DNA of 64,000 nt from Vicinamibacterales bacterium. Lineage in GTDB: Bacteria > Acidobacteriota > Vicinamibacteria > Vicinamibacterales > UBA2999. Where the stretch lies: positions 65,145 through 129,144 of the forward strand of contig JAUXWO010000111.1 in NCBI GenBank assembly GCA_030680175.1, given 5' to 3'. The position numbers and the translations under genes were made by a program. This document shows, in pieces, positions 25,188-34,156 of this stretch. The notes beneath the pieces were generated by a model, which worked only from the letters and a program-made list of their open reading frames with translations, was not told the origin of the DNA and made no database searches. How positions within the stretch are numbered: the stretch's first letter is position 1; each line of letters starts with the position of its first letter.

Positions 25188-26395
25188 TCCCGCGCCTTCG
25201 CCCCGCGTTCGGCCTCGGCGAGCTGACCGCCGCGATCCGGCCGGGATCGCCGGCGGACGTCGAGGCGTTCGAGCGCGACTTCGCCGCGCGGTTCGAGGCC
25301 GCCGAGGGGGTGGCGTTCCCGTACGGCCGCGCCGCGCTGGCCGCCTTCCTGCAGGCCGTGGGCCTGAAGGACGCCGAGGTGATCGCGCCGTCCTACACGT
25401 GCGTGGTCGTGCAGCATGCCACGGTGCTCAGCGGCAACGTGCCGCGCTTCGTGGACAACACGCTGACCGACTACAACATGGACCTCGACCAGGTGGCCGC
25501 GGCGATCTCGGAGCGCACCGGCGCGATCGTGGCCACGCACCTGTTCGGCTTTCCGCTGGACCTCGATCGGCTGCACGCGATCGTGCGCGACGCCGAGCAG
25601 CGCTTCGGGCGAAAGATCTGGGTGATTCAGGATTGCGCCCACTCGTTCGGCGCACGGTGGCAGGGACGGCTGGTGTGCCGCGAAGGCGACACGGCGCTCT
25701 TCGGGCTGAACATCAGCAAGGTGCTGTCGTCGATTTTCGGAGGCATGCTGACGTTCAACGACGCGGCGCTGGCGGCGACGGTGCGCGCCTGGCGGGACGC
25801 CCACCTCACGCCAGCTGGCGGGCTGAAGCCGGCCCTCCGGCTCGCGTACCTCGCCGCCACCTATCCGGCGTTTCACAGCCTCCCCTACGGGTTCGTGCAC
25901 TGGCTGCAGTACAAGACGTCCGTGCTCGACCGGCTGACGAAGGCGTACCATCTCGATGAGGCCATCCGGTTCCCGCCGGACGCCGGGGAGCGGATGCTGC
26001 CGATCGAGGCGCGGGTGGGGCGCGTGCAGCTGGCGAAGTACGACGCCCTCGTCGCCGCGCGCCGCGCGAACGCGGCGCACTACACCGAGGCGCTTCAGGG
26101 GATTCCCGGCTGGGTGCTGCCGCCGCTCGTGGAGGGGGCGACGTGGTCGCACTACCCCGTGCGCGTCCCCGACCGGGACGCGGCGGTGCGCCACTTCGCC
26201 GGGCACGGGGTGCATGTCGGCGAGGTCGTGGAGTACAGCGTCGCGCACCTGCCGTCCTACGCCCAATGGGCGGCCGGGCAGGAGCTGCCCAACGCGCTTC
26301 TCTGCAGCCGCCACATGATCAACCTGCCCGTGCACCCGCAGCTGACGGAAGCGGAGCGCGCGCGGGTGGTCGCTGCTGCGCGGGGCAGGGCGTAG
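25184..26395 (+). CDS. DegT/DnrJ/EryC1/StrS-family aminotransferase, copy 1
   Basis: Starts at GTG 25184 (GTGA overlap). Motifs FPYGRAALAAFLQAVGL, VIQDCAHSFGA and FGLNISKVLSS (candidate PLP lysine). Confidence 0.8.
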   Translation: MIPRLRPAFGLGELTAAIRPGSPADVEAFERDFAARFEAAEGVAFPYGRAALAAFLQAVGLKDAEVIAPSYTCVVVQHATVLSGNVPRFVDNTLTDYNMDLDQVAAAISERTGAIVATHLFGFPLDLDRLHAIVRDAEQRFGRKIWVIQDCAHSFGARWQGRLVCREGDTALFGLNISKVLSSIFGGMLTFNDAALAATVRAWRDAHLTPAGGLKPALRLAYLAATYPAFHSLPYGFVHWLQYKTSVLDRLTKAYHLDEAIRFPPDAGERMLPIEARVGRVQLAKYDALVAARRANAAHYTEALQGIPGWVLPPLVEGATWSHYPVRVPDRDAAVRHFAGHGVHVGEVVEYSVAHLPSYAQWAAGQELPNALLCSRHMINLPVHPQLTEAERARVVAAARGRA

Positions 26396-26455
26396 TTCTT
26401 AGTCTTTAGTTCTTAGTCTTTAGTTCTGAGTTCTGAGTTCTGAGTTCTGAGTTCC
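26393..26455. repeat. Heptanucleotide tandem array D: TAGTTCT TAGTCTT TAGTTCT TAGTCTT TAGTTCT GAGTTCT x3 GAGTTCC
   Basis: Read directly from the sequence. The first triplet is the TAG stop of the upstream aminotransferase. TAG triplets at 26393, 26400 and 26407 fall in all three frames. Confidence 0.95.
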
Positions 26456-26512
26456 CGGTTGGTTCTTGGGTCTGGAAACGCGTAGCCAAAGGAACGCGGT
26501 TGGGGCTGAGCC

Positions 26513-26875
26513 GTGCAGGATCACCGGCAGCTTGACGTCTGGCACCGCGCGATGGCGTACGCGACGGACGTCTACAAGTTCACTTCTGGCTTGCCGGTCG
26601 AGGAGAGATACAATCTCATGATCCAGATCCGCAAGGCGGTCGTCTCTGTGCCTCTGAACATCGCTGAGGGCGCCGGTGCGACGACGGGCGCGGAGTTCAG
26701 CCGGTTTCTGGGTTATGCGTACCGGTCCGCCAAAGAGGTTGTGACCTGTCTGGAGTTGTGCCAGCGCCTGTATCCGGAAGTCGGCGCGTCCACCCGTCCC
26801 GCCCTGATTGACGAGGGTGAACAGATCGCACGGATGACGCGCGCATTGATGCAACGCCTGAACACTCCGCACTAA
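26513..26875 (+). CDS. Four-helix-bundle protein (23S rRNA intervening-sequence protein / Avd family, PF05635-TIGR02436 type)
   Basis: 120 aa. The sequence LDVWHRAMAYATDVYKFTSGLPVEERYNLMIQIRKAVVSVPLNIAEGAG...FSRFLGYAYRSAKEV matches the family signature. It has visibly more A/T-ending codons than its neighbours. Confidence 0.9.
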   Translation: MQDHRQLDVWHRAMAYATDVYKFTSGLPVEERYNLMIQIRKAVVSVPLNIAEGAGATTGAEFSRFLGYAYRSAKEVVTCLELCQRLYPEVGASTRPALIDEGEQIARMTRALMQRLNTPH

Positions 26876-26921
26876 TAACTAATAACCAATAACTAATAAC
26901 TAACAACTAATAACTAACAAC
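26873..26921. repeat. Heptanucleotide tandem array E: TAATAAC x2, CAATAAC, TAATAAC, TAACAAC, TAATAAC, TAACAAC
   Basis: Read directly from the sequence. The first triplet is the TAA stop of the four-helix-bundle gene. The array ends 4 nt before ATG 26926. TAA triplets fall in all three frames. Confidence 0.95.
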
Positions 26922-26925
26922 CTCC

Positions 26926-28101
26926 ATGCACATCCCCATCACCAAGCCCGTCTTCGGCGCTGAAGAGCGCGAGGCCGTTCTGCGCCCGCTCGAGACCGGC
27001 TGGGTCGTGCAGGGCCCGTTCGTGGCGGAGTTCGAGGGCAAGTTCCGCGCGTTCAGCGGGGCGGATCACGCCGTGGCGGCCAGCTCCTGCACGACCGCGA
27101 TGCACATCGCCGTGGCGGCGCTCGGCCTGAAGCCGGGCGACGAGGTCATCGTGCCGGCCTTCACGTGGGTCTCGACGCCGAACGTGGTCGAGTACATGCA
27201 CGCGCGGCCCGTGTTCTGCGATGTGGACCTCGACACCTTCAACCTGAACCTCGAGCACGCCGCCTCGCTCGTGACGTCGCGCACGGTGGGGATCCTGCCG
27301 GTGCACCTCTTCGGCCTGTGCGCCGACATGGACGGGGTGCTGGATCTGGCGCGTCGTCACGGCCTCTGGGTCGTGGAGGACGCGGCGTGCGGGTTCAACG
27401 CCTGGTACAAGGGCCGCCACGCCGGGGTCTTCGGCGACGCGGGCTGCTTCAGCTTCCATCCCCGGAAGGCCATCACGACGGGCGAGGGGGGAATGATCAC
27501 GACGGCGAACGCGGAGCTGGCCGGGCGGTCGCGGTCGCTGCGGGACCATGGCGCCTCACGCTCGGACCTCGCGCGTCACACGGCCTCGGCAGCCTTCCTG
27601 CTGGCCGACTACGATCAGCTCGGGTTCAACTTCCGGATGACGGACCTGCAGGCGGCGGTCGGCTGCGCGCAGATGGACCGCGCGCCGTGGATCGGCGTGG
27701 AGCGGACGCGTGTGGCCCGGGAGTACGATCGCGCGCTGGCGGATCTGGCATGGCTGGCGCTGCCGCGGGTGCCGGACGGGTACGCGCATGGCTACCAGGC
27801 CTACGTGTGCCTCTTCCAGCCGGAGCCGCCGTCGTTGGATAACGTCGATCGACTCCACGCGTGGCGGAACCGGCTGATGACGCGGCTCGAGGAGCGCGGC
27901 ATCGCGACGCGGCAGGGGACGCATGCGCCGGTGCTGCAGGGGTTCTACAGGACGAAGTACGGATTCGCGCCGGCGGACTTCCCGCACGCGACGATCGCCG
28001 ACCGGCTGTCGCTGGCGCTGCCGCTCTATCCCGGCATGACCGGCGAGGAGCAGGCGTACGTCGTGACCGAGCTGCGGCAGGCGTGTGATGCGACGCGGTA
28101 G
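26926..28101 (+). CDS. DegT/DnrJ/EryC1/StrS-family aminotransferase, copy 2
   Basis: Motifs ITKPVFGAEEREAV, AASSCTTAMHIAVAALG, VVEDAACGF and FSFHPRKAITTGEGG. Confidence 0.9.
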   Translation: MHIPITKPVFGAEEREAVLRPLETGWVVQGPFVAEFEGKFRAFSGADHAVAASSCTTAMHIAVAALGLKPGDEVIVPAFTWVSTPNVVEYMHARPVFCDVDLDTFNLNLEHAASLVTSRTVGILPVHLFGLCADMDGVLDLARRHGLWVVEDAACGFNAWYKGRHAGVFGDAGCFSFHPRKAITTGEGGMITTANAELAGRSRSLRDHGASRSDLARHTASAAFLLADYDQLGFNFRMTDLQAAVGCAQMDRAPWIGVERTRVAREYDRALADLAWLALPRVPDGYAHGYQAYVCLFQPEPPSLDNVDRLHAWRNRLMTRLEERGIATRQGTHAPVLQGFYRTKYGFAPADFPHATIADRLSLALPLYPGMTGEEQAYVVTELRQACDATR

Positions 28102-28112
28102 GGTGAACTGAC

Positions 28113-29987
28113 ATGTGCGGCATCGCCGGATTCTTCGCGCTCGACGGCCAGCCCGCCTCGCCGGTCGTGCTGCGCCGGATGACCGACGCCGTGGCGCATC
28201 GCGGCCCCGACGGCGAGGGCGTGTACACGGACGGGGCGCTTGGCTTCGGGCACCGGCGCCTCGCGATCATCGATCTGTCCCCGGCCGGGCACCAGCCCAT
28301 GCAGTCGTCGGACGGCCGGTACGTCATCACCTACAACGGCGAGGTCTACAACTTCCAGGAACTGCGCGTCGAGCTCGAGGCGCTCGGGTGGCCGTTCCAC
28401 TCGCGCACGGATACCGAGGTGCTGCTGCACGCCTATGCGCAGTGGGGCCCGCGTGCGGTCGAGCGCTTCAACGGGATGTTCGCGCTGGCGATCTGGGACC
28501 GCCAGGAGCGGCGGCTGTTCCTCGCGCGCGATCGCTACGGCATCAAGCCGCTCTACTACGCCTGGGCCGGCAGGACCTTTGTGTTCGGATCCGAGGTGAA
28601 GTCGCTGCTCGAGCACCCCGGCATGGACGCCGCCCTCGATCAGGAAGCCCTCGTCGAGTACCTCACGTTCCAGAACTACGTCACGCCGCGCACGCTGTTC
28701 GCCGGCGTGCGGCTGCTCCCGGCCGGGACGCACCTGACGCTGACGGCGGGCGACGGCGACGCCCCCGCCCCCGTCCAGTACTGGGACTTCGACTTCCGGG
28801 AGCCCGAGACGCCGGGCGACGATCGCGAGTACGCGGAGGAGCTGGACCGGCTGTTCCGGCAGGCCGTGCGCCGGCAGCTCGTGAGCGACGTCGACGTGGG
28901 CGCCTACCTGAGCGGCGGCATCGACTCGGGCTCGATCACGGCCGTCGCGGCCGCCGAGCTGCCGCGGCTCAAGACCTTCACGTGCGGCTTCGACCTGAGC
29001 TCCGCCTCGGGCCTCGAACTCGGCTTCGACGAGCGCGCCAGGGCCGAGCGGATGTCGTATCTGTTCGGCACCGAGCAGTACGAGATGGTGCTCAAGGCCG
29101 GCGACATGGAGCACGTGATGCCGCGCCTCGTGCGGCACCTCGAGGAGCCGCGGATCGGACAGAGCTACCCCAACTACTACGTGGCGCAGCTGGCCTCGAA
29201 GTTCGTCAAGGTCGTGCTGTCGGGGTCGGGTGGGGACGAACTCTTCGGCGGCTACCCGTGGCGGTACGCGCGCGCGCTGGCGAGCGACGACTTCGAGGGC
29301 TACGTCGATCAGTACTACGCCCACTGGCATCGCCTGATGCCGAACACGGTGCTCCACGACGTGCTGCAGCCGATCTGGCCCGACGTCAAGCACGTGTGGA
29401 CGCGCGATCTCTTCCGCCAGGTGTTCCCGGCAGACGTGTCGCGCCTCGAGACCCCCGAGGCCTGCATCAACCACTCGCTCTACTTCGAGGCGCGCACCTT
29501 CCTGCACGGCGTGCTGCTCGTCGAGGACAAGCTGAGCATGGCGCACGGCCTCGAGACGCGCGTGCCGTTCCTGGACAACGATCTCGTGGACTTCGCCATG
29601 CGCGTGCCGGTGCGGTTGAAGCTGGCGAACCTGGCCGAGACGGTGACCTTCAACGAGAACGAAACGGGCCGGAAGACGGAGCAGTACTACGGCCGGACGC
29701 GCGACGGCAAGCTGCTGATGCGGCAGGTCATGGCGCGGTACGTGCCGGCCGAGGTCAGCGAGGGCGACAAGCAGGGCTTCTCCGCGCCGGATGCGAGCTG
29801 GTTCAAGGGCGAGAGCATCGACTACGTGCAGCGCCGCCTGCTGCAGGGGCGCCCGCGCATCTACGACTACCTGGACCGGCCGACCGTTGAGCGCCTCGTC
29901 CACGAGCATACGAGCGGCGCGCGCAACCGCCGCCTGCTGATCTGGTCCCTGTTGAACCTCGAGACCTGGTGCGAGACCTTCCTGTGA
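28113..29987 (+). CDS. Asparagine synthase (glutamine-hydrolysing)-like amidotransferase
   Basis: Motifs MCGIAGFF, HRGPDGEG, RLAIIDLS, YNGEVYNF and the PP-loop SGGIDSGSI. Confidence 0.9.
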   Translation: MCGIAGFFALDGQPASPVVLRRMTDAVAHRGPDGEGVYTDGALGFGHRRLAIIDLSPAGHQPMQSSDGRYVITYNGEVYNFQELRVELEALGWPFHSRTDTEVLLHAYAQWGPRAVERFNGMFALAIWDRQERRLFLARDRYGIKPLYYAWAGRTFVFGSEVKSLLEHPGMDAALDQEALVEYLTFQNYVTPRTLFAGVRLLPAGTHLTLTAGDGDAPAPVQYWDFDFREPETPGDDREYAEELDRLFRQAVRRQLVSDVDVGAYLSGGIDSGSITAVAAAELPRLKTFTCGFDLSSASGLELGFDERARAERMSYLFGTEQYEMVLKAGDMEHVMPRLVRHLEEPRIGQSYPNYYVAQLASKFVKVVLSGSGGDELFGGYPWRYARALASDDFEGYVDQYYAHWHRLMPNTVLHDVLQPIWPDVKHVWTRDLFRQVFPADVSRLETPEACINHSLYFEARTFLHGVLLVEDKLSMAHGLETRVPFLDNDLVDFAMRVPVRLKLANLAETVTFNENETGRKTEQYYGRTRDGKLLMRQVMARYVPAEVSEGDKQGFSAPDASWFKGESIDYVQRRLLQGRPRIYDYLDRPTVERLVHEHTSGARNRRLLIWSLLNLETWCETFL

Positions 29988-30727
29988 GTGCCGCCCAGTA
30001 CGAGGACTTCACGGAGGCCGCGTATCGCGGGCTGGTCGCCGAGGCGCGCCAGCGCTACACCTGCCTGTCGTTCGAGGAGGCCGCCGCGGCCGAGTCCGGC
30101 GTGCTCTGGCGGCACGACATCGACATCTCGGTACACCGCGCGCTCGCCCTCGCGAAGATCGAGCACGAGGCCGGCCTCCAGGCCACGGTGTTCGTGCACC
30201 TGCACAGCCGCTTCTATAACGCCTTCGAAGGCGACATCGCTGGCCGCCTCCGCGCGATCGCGGATCTCGGCCACCTGATGGGCTTGCACTTCGATCCCCA
30301 CGCGCACGCGCTGGCGCCAGGTGACGCCGTCGCCCTCGAGCGCGCCGTCGCGGCCGAGGCCGCGGCGCTGCAGTCGCTCGCCGGCGTCACGCCCGTCGCC
30401 GTCTCGCTGCACGACCCCGACCTGCGGGGGTGGGAGACGATGGACGCGGAGCGGCTGGGGGGGCTGCCGAACGCGTACGGCCGGACGATCAAGGCGCGGT
30501 TCGCCTACTGCTCCGACTCCAACGGCTACTGGCGCTTCACGCCGCTGGCCGACGCCCTGACGGCGGGCCACGCGCGCCTCCATGTGCTGACCCATCCCGA
30601 GTGGTGGGTCCCGGACGCGATGCCGCCCCGCGCGCGCATCCAGCGGGCCATCGACGGACGGGCCGCCGCCGTCGCCCGCACCTACGACGAGATCCTGGCG
30701 GCGATCGCCCGCGAGAACCTGCACTGA
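29984..30727 (+). CDS. Polysaccharide deacetylase-like protein (divergent; tentative)
   Basis: Start placed at GTG 29984 (GTGA overlap); the ORF track starts at 29969. LWRHDIDISVHRALALAKIEHEAGLQATVFV resembles divergent deacetylase-fold proteins of O-antigen loci. The family assignment is tentative. Confidence 0.45.
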   Translation: MSAAQYEDFTEAAYRGLVAEARQRYTCLSFEEAAAAESGVLWRHDIDISVHRALALAKIEHEAGLQATVFVHLHSRFYNAFEGDIAGRLRAIADLGHLMGLHFDPHAHALAPGDAVALERAVAAEAAALQSLAGVTPVAVSLHDPDLRGWETMDAERLGGLPNAYGRTIKARFAYCSDSNGYWRFTPLADALTAGHARLHVLTHPEWWVPDAMPPRARIQRAIDGRAAAVARTYDEILAAIARENLH

Positions 30728-32463
30728 TGAGTATCCCTTCGGGCCGTGTGATTCTCGGTCTTTCCTACAGCTACGACTCCGGCGCCGCCCTCCTTGTCGA
30801 CGGCCGCATCGTCGCGGCGGTCAACGAAGAGCGGATGAACCGCGAGAAGTGCTACGCGGGCTTCCCCGCGCTGGCCATCGCCGAGTGCCTGCGCATCGCC
30901 GGCCTCACGGCCGGGGACATCGAGCGCGTCGCGGTCGGCGGGCTGATGAACTTCCCGTACGAGAGCGGGCTCACCACCGGGGCCAGTGCCCGGTACCAGC
31001 TCTCGAACCTGCTGTCGCGCCTTGGGCTGCTGCGGCTCCTCATCGGCACGCTCCCGTTCGCCTACGCCCTGCGCGCGTTCTTCGGAAACCGCTTCAACCC
31101 GGTGTTCAACCGGCACGCGGAGCTCACCTCGCGGCTGGCCGGCATGGGCATCACGGCCCCGGTGGCGTACTTCGATCACCATCTGTGCCACAACGCGGGC
31201 GCCTACTACGCATCCGGCATCGACCGCTGCCACGCGGTGTCGATCGACGCCTTCGGCGACTGCTTCTCGTCGCGGATCTATGCGTGCGAGGGCGGCCGGA
31301 TGCAGCTGCGGAAGACCGTGCCCGCGTACCACTCGCCGGCGCATCACTACGCCTACGTGACGGCGCTGCTCGGGTTCACGCCGACGCGGCACGAGGGCAA
31401 GGTGACGGGGCTGGCGGCGTTCGGCGACCCGACAGAGACGGCGCGTATCCTGGGCGAGCGCATCGCGTACTCGGCGTCGCGCCGGTCGCCGTTCGTGCGC
31501 GGCCTCTACCAGCGCCCGGAAGTGGAGTACCTGCGCACGGCGCTCGCCGGCTTCTCGCGCGAGGACATCGCCGCGGGCGTGCAGCAGGTGCTCGAGGACG
31601 TGGCGACGCGCTATCTCCGCGACAACGTGCCGGACATTCCGTCGACGTCGATCGTGCTGAGCGGCGGGGTCGCGGCCAACGTGCGGCTGAACCAGAAGAT
31701 CCGCGACCTCGGCTTCCGCGACGTGTTCGTGTTTCCGCACATGGGCGATGGCGGCCTGGCGGCGGGCGCCTGCTACGCGGCCAACGCTGGTGCCACGGGT
31801 ACGTCGCGCAACCAGCCGATCACTGACGTCTACCTCGGGTCCGGCTACACCGACACCGAGATCGAGGCCGCCCTCCAGGCGAGCGGCTTCGAGTGGCATC
31901 GCGCCGGGCAGGTCGAGCGGGAGGTGGCAGAGCAGGTGGCCGCGGGGAAGATCGTGGCGCGGTTCGCCGGGCGCATGGAGTACGGGCCGCGCGCGCTCTG
32001 CAACCGGTCCATCCTCTACAAGGCCGATGATCCGGAAGTGAACACCTGGCTGAACCACCGGCTGAAGCGCACGGAATTCATGCCGTTCGCCCCGGTGCTG
32101 CTTGCCGAGGACGCACCGCGCTTCCTGAAGGACTACGACGAGGCGCGCGCGATCGCGGCGCGCTACATGACCGTCACCTACGACGTCACGGATCTCTGCA
32201 AGGCGCAGGCGGCCGCGATCGTCCACGTCGACGGCACGGCGCGTCCGCAGATCGTCCACGAGGCCACGAACCCGTCGATGCACGGCATCCTTACCGAGTA
32301 CAAGCGTCTGCGCGGGTTCTCGGTGATGGTCAACACCAGCTTCAACATGCACGAGGAGCCCATCATCCGCACGCCGGAGGAGGCCGTCGAGTCGGTGAAG
32401 CAGGCGGGCCTCGACGTGCTGGCGATCGGCCCCTACATGGCCTTCAACAGGGTCGAGGCGTGA
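30727..32463 (+). CDS. Carbamoyltransferase (NodU/CmcH family)
   Basis: ORF 30430..32463 trimmed to MSIPSGRVILGLSYSYDSGAALLVDGRIVAAVNEERMNREK. Later motifs are HMGDGGLAAGA and NTSFNMHEEPII. Confidence 0.85.
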   Translation: MSIPSGRVILGLSYSYDSGAALLVDGRIVAAVNEERMNREKCYAGFPALAIAECLRIAGLTAGDIERVAVGGLMNFPYESGLTTGASARYQLSNLLSRLGLLRLLIGTLPFAYALRAFFGNRFNPVFNRHAELTSRLAGMGITAPVAYFDHHLCHNAGAYYASGIDRCHAVSIDAFGDCFSSRIYACEGGRMQLRKTVPAYHSPAHHYAYVTALLGFTPTRHEGKVTGLAAFGDPTETARILGERIAYSASRRSPFVRGLYQRPEVEYLRTALAGFSREDIAAGVQQVLEDVATRYLRDNVPDIPSTSIVLSGGVAANVRLNQKIRDLGFRDVFVFPHMGDGGLAAGACYAANAGATGTSRNQPITDVYLGSGYTDTEIEAALQASGFEWHRAGQVEREVAEQVAAGKIVARFAGRMEYGPRALCNRSILYKADDPEVNTWLNHRLKRTEFMPFAPVLLAEDAPRFLKDYDEARAIAARYMTVTYDVTDLCKAQAAAIVHVDGTARPQIVHEATNPSMHGILTEYKRLRGFSVMVNTSFNMHEEPIIRTPEEAVESVKQAGLDVLAIGPYMAFNRVEA

Positions 32464-33503
32464 GCCGCGTCGAGACGCGTGGCTGGACCGCCGGCGACGA
32501 GCCGGAGGTGGAGCGCTTCGTCGCGGGCCACCCGGAGGGGCTCGTGTACTACCTGCCGGCGTTTCGCCGCTACCTGCTGGCGGTGGCTGGCGGCGAGTGC
32601 CGGTCGCGGCTCGCCTTCGAGGACGGGCGGCTCACCGGCGTGCTGCCGGTGCTCGTGCTGAAGGGCGCCCATGGGGATATCCTGAACAGCCAGCCGTTCT
32701 TCGGGAGCAACGGGGGCGTGCTGGCGACCACAGCGGCGGCCGAGACGGCCTTGCGCGGCGAGTACGAGCGGATGGCCGCGGCGTGCGCCGCCGCGACGTG
32801 GGTGTCGCATCCGTTCACGGACGTGACGGCGCCGGCGCACGACATCACCGACGAACGGATCGCGCAGTGGACGGATCTCGGCGGTGGGGAGGCGGGCCTG
32901 ATGGCGGTCATCGAACCCTCGGCGCGCCGCAACATCCAGAAGGCCCGGGCCGAAGGCGTCGTGGTGCGCGAGGCGGCCGATGCGCTGCCGTTTCTCGAGG
33001 CCACGCATCGCGAGAACATGGCGGCGATCGGCGGGCGGGCGAAGCCGGCGGCCTTCTTCTCCGCGCTCGGAGAGACGATGACGTTCGGGCGGGACTGGCG
33101 GTTGTACGTGGCGGAGCGGTTGGGCGAGCCGCTGGCGGCGCTCCTGACGTTCGAGGCGGCGCGCACGGTCGAGTACGTCATGCCGGTGGTGAAGGAGCCG
33201 GCGCGGCCGCTCCAGCCGACCGCCGCCGTCCTGGCCCACGCGATGGGGGACGCCGCGGCGCGCGGGTTCACGCGGTGGAACTGGGGGGGCACGTGGCTCA
33301 CCCAGGAAGGCGTGTACCGCTTCAAGAAGAAGTGGGGCGCCCGGGAGCGCCGGTACCAGTACTTCGTGACGGTGAACGACCGCTCGCTGCTGTCGCGTGG
33401 CGCAGCGGAGCTCTCTGCCGCGTACCCCTGGTACTTCACGGTCCCCTTCGGCGCCCTGGCGCCGGCAGCCCTGAGCGGAGTCGAAGGGCAGGAGCAGACA
33501 TGA
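32460..33503 (+). CDS. FemAB-like / GNAT-fold acyl- or aminoacyl-transferase
   Basis: 347 aa with a GTGA overlap. The C-terminal NWGGTWLTQEGVYRFKKKWGA motif resembles FemAB/BioF2-like acetyltransferase domains. Confidence 0.55.
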   Translation: MSRVETRGWTAGDEPEVERFVAGHPEGLVYYLPAFRRYLLAVAGGECRSRLAFEDGRLTGVLPVLVLKGAHGDILNSQPFFGSNGGVLATTAAAETALRGEYERMAAACAAATWVSHPFTDVTAPAHDITDERIAQWTDLGGGEAGLMAVIEPSARRNIQKARAEGVVVREAADALPFLEATHRENMAAIGGRAKPAAFFSALGETMTFGRDWRLYVAERLGEPLAALLTFEAARTVEYVMPVVKEPARPLQPTAAVLAHAMGDAAARGFTRWNWGGTWLTQEGVYRFKKKWGARERRYQYFVTVNDRSLLSRGAAELSAAYPWYFTVPFGALAPAALSGVEGQEQT

Positions 33504-34156
33504 GCAAGGTCGTCGTCTTCGGCACGGGCAGCTTCGCGGAGCTGGTGCACTACTACCTGACCCACGACAGCGAGCACGAGGTGGTGGCCTTCACGGCCAG
33601 CGCTGACCACGTCACCACCGACACGTTTGCGGGCCTGCCGCTCGTGCCGTTCGAGGAGGTGACGCGGCTGTACCCTCCGGACACCCATGCCATGTACGTG
33701 GCGGTCGGCTACCGCCAGGTGAACCGCGTTCGCGCCGGCCTCTACGCCGAGGCCAAGGCGAAGGGCTACACGCTCGTCTCCTGGGTCAGCTCGCGGTGCA
33801 CGAACTACGCGGCGAGCATCGGCGACAACTGCTTCATCTTCGAGGACAACACGCTCCAGCCCTTCGTGACGATCGGCAACGACGTGGTACTCTGGAGCGG
33901 CAATCACATCGGCCACCACAGCACGGTCGGCGACCACTGCTACATCACGTCGCACGTGGTGGTGTCCGGGCACTGCCACGTGGAACCGTACTGCTTCCTC
34001 GGGGTGAATGCGACGCTGCGCGACAGCATCACAGTGGCCGAGTCGTGCGTGATCGGCGCGGGCGCCCTCATCATGAAATCAACGACCCCGAAGCAGGTCT
34101 ACCTGGGCGAGCGGACGAAGCCGTACGCGAAGTCCAGCGACCAGATCAACCTATGA
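33500..34156 (+). CDS. Sugar N/O-acetyltransferase, NeuD/PglD family (left-handed beta-helix)
   Basis: Trimmed to MSKVVVFGTGSFAELV at 33500 (ATGA overlap). Hexapeptide repeats: IGDNCFIFEDNTLQPFVTIGNDVVLWSGNHIGHHSTVGDHCYITSHVVVSGHCHV. Confidence 0.85.
   Translation: MSKVVVFGTGSFAELVHYYLTHDSEHEVVAFTASADHVTTDTFAGLPLVPFEEVTRLYPPDTHAMYVAVGYRQVNRVRAGLYAEAKAKGYTLVSWVSSRCTNYAASIGDNCFIFEDNTLQPFVTIGNDVVLWSGNHIGHHSTVGDHCYITSHVVVSGHCHVEPYCFLGVNATLRDSITVAESCVIGAGALIMKSTTPKQVYLGERTKPYAKSSDQINL

Noticed and set aside
26456-26512. A possible promoter or direct repeat (CGGTTGG ... CGGTTGG, 40 nt apart) upstream of the four-helix-bundle gene.
   Set aside because: The repeat is short and could arise by chance. 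No convincing -35/-10 pair could be placed. It is kept only as a note.
26513-26875. The four-helix-bundle (Avd-like) gene as part of a diversity-generating retroelement.
   Set aside because: No reverse transcriptase, and no template/variable repeat pair, is visible anywhere in the window.
18712-26921. The heptamer arrays as CRISPR arrays.
   Set aside because: The units are 7 nt long and directly abutting, with no spacers. No cas genes are present. They are simple tandem repeats.
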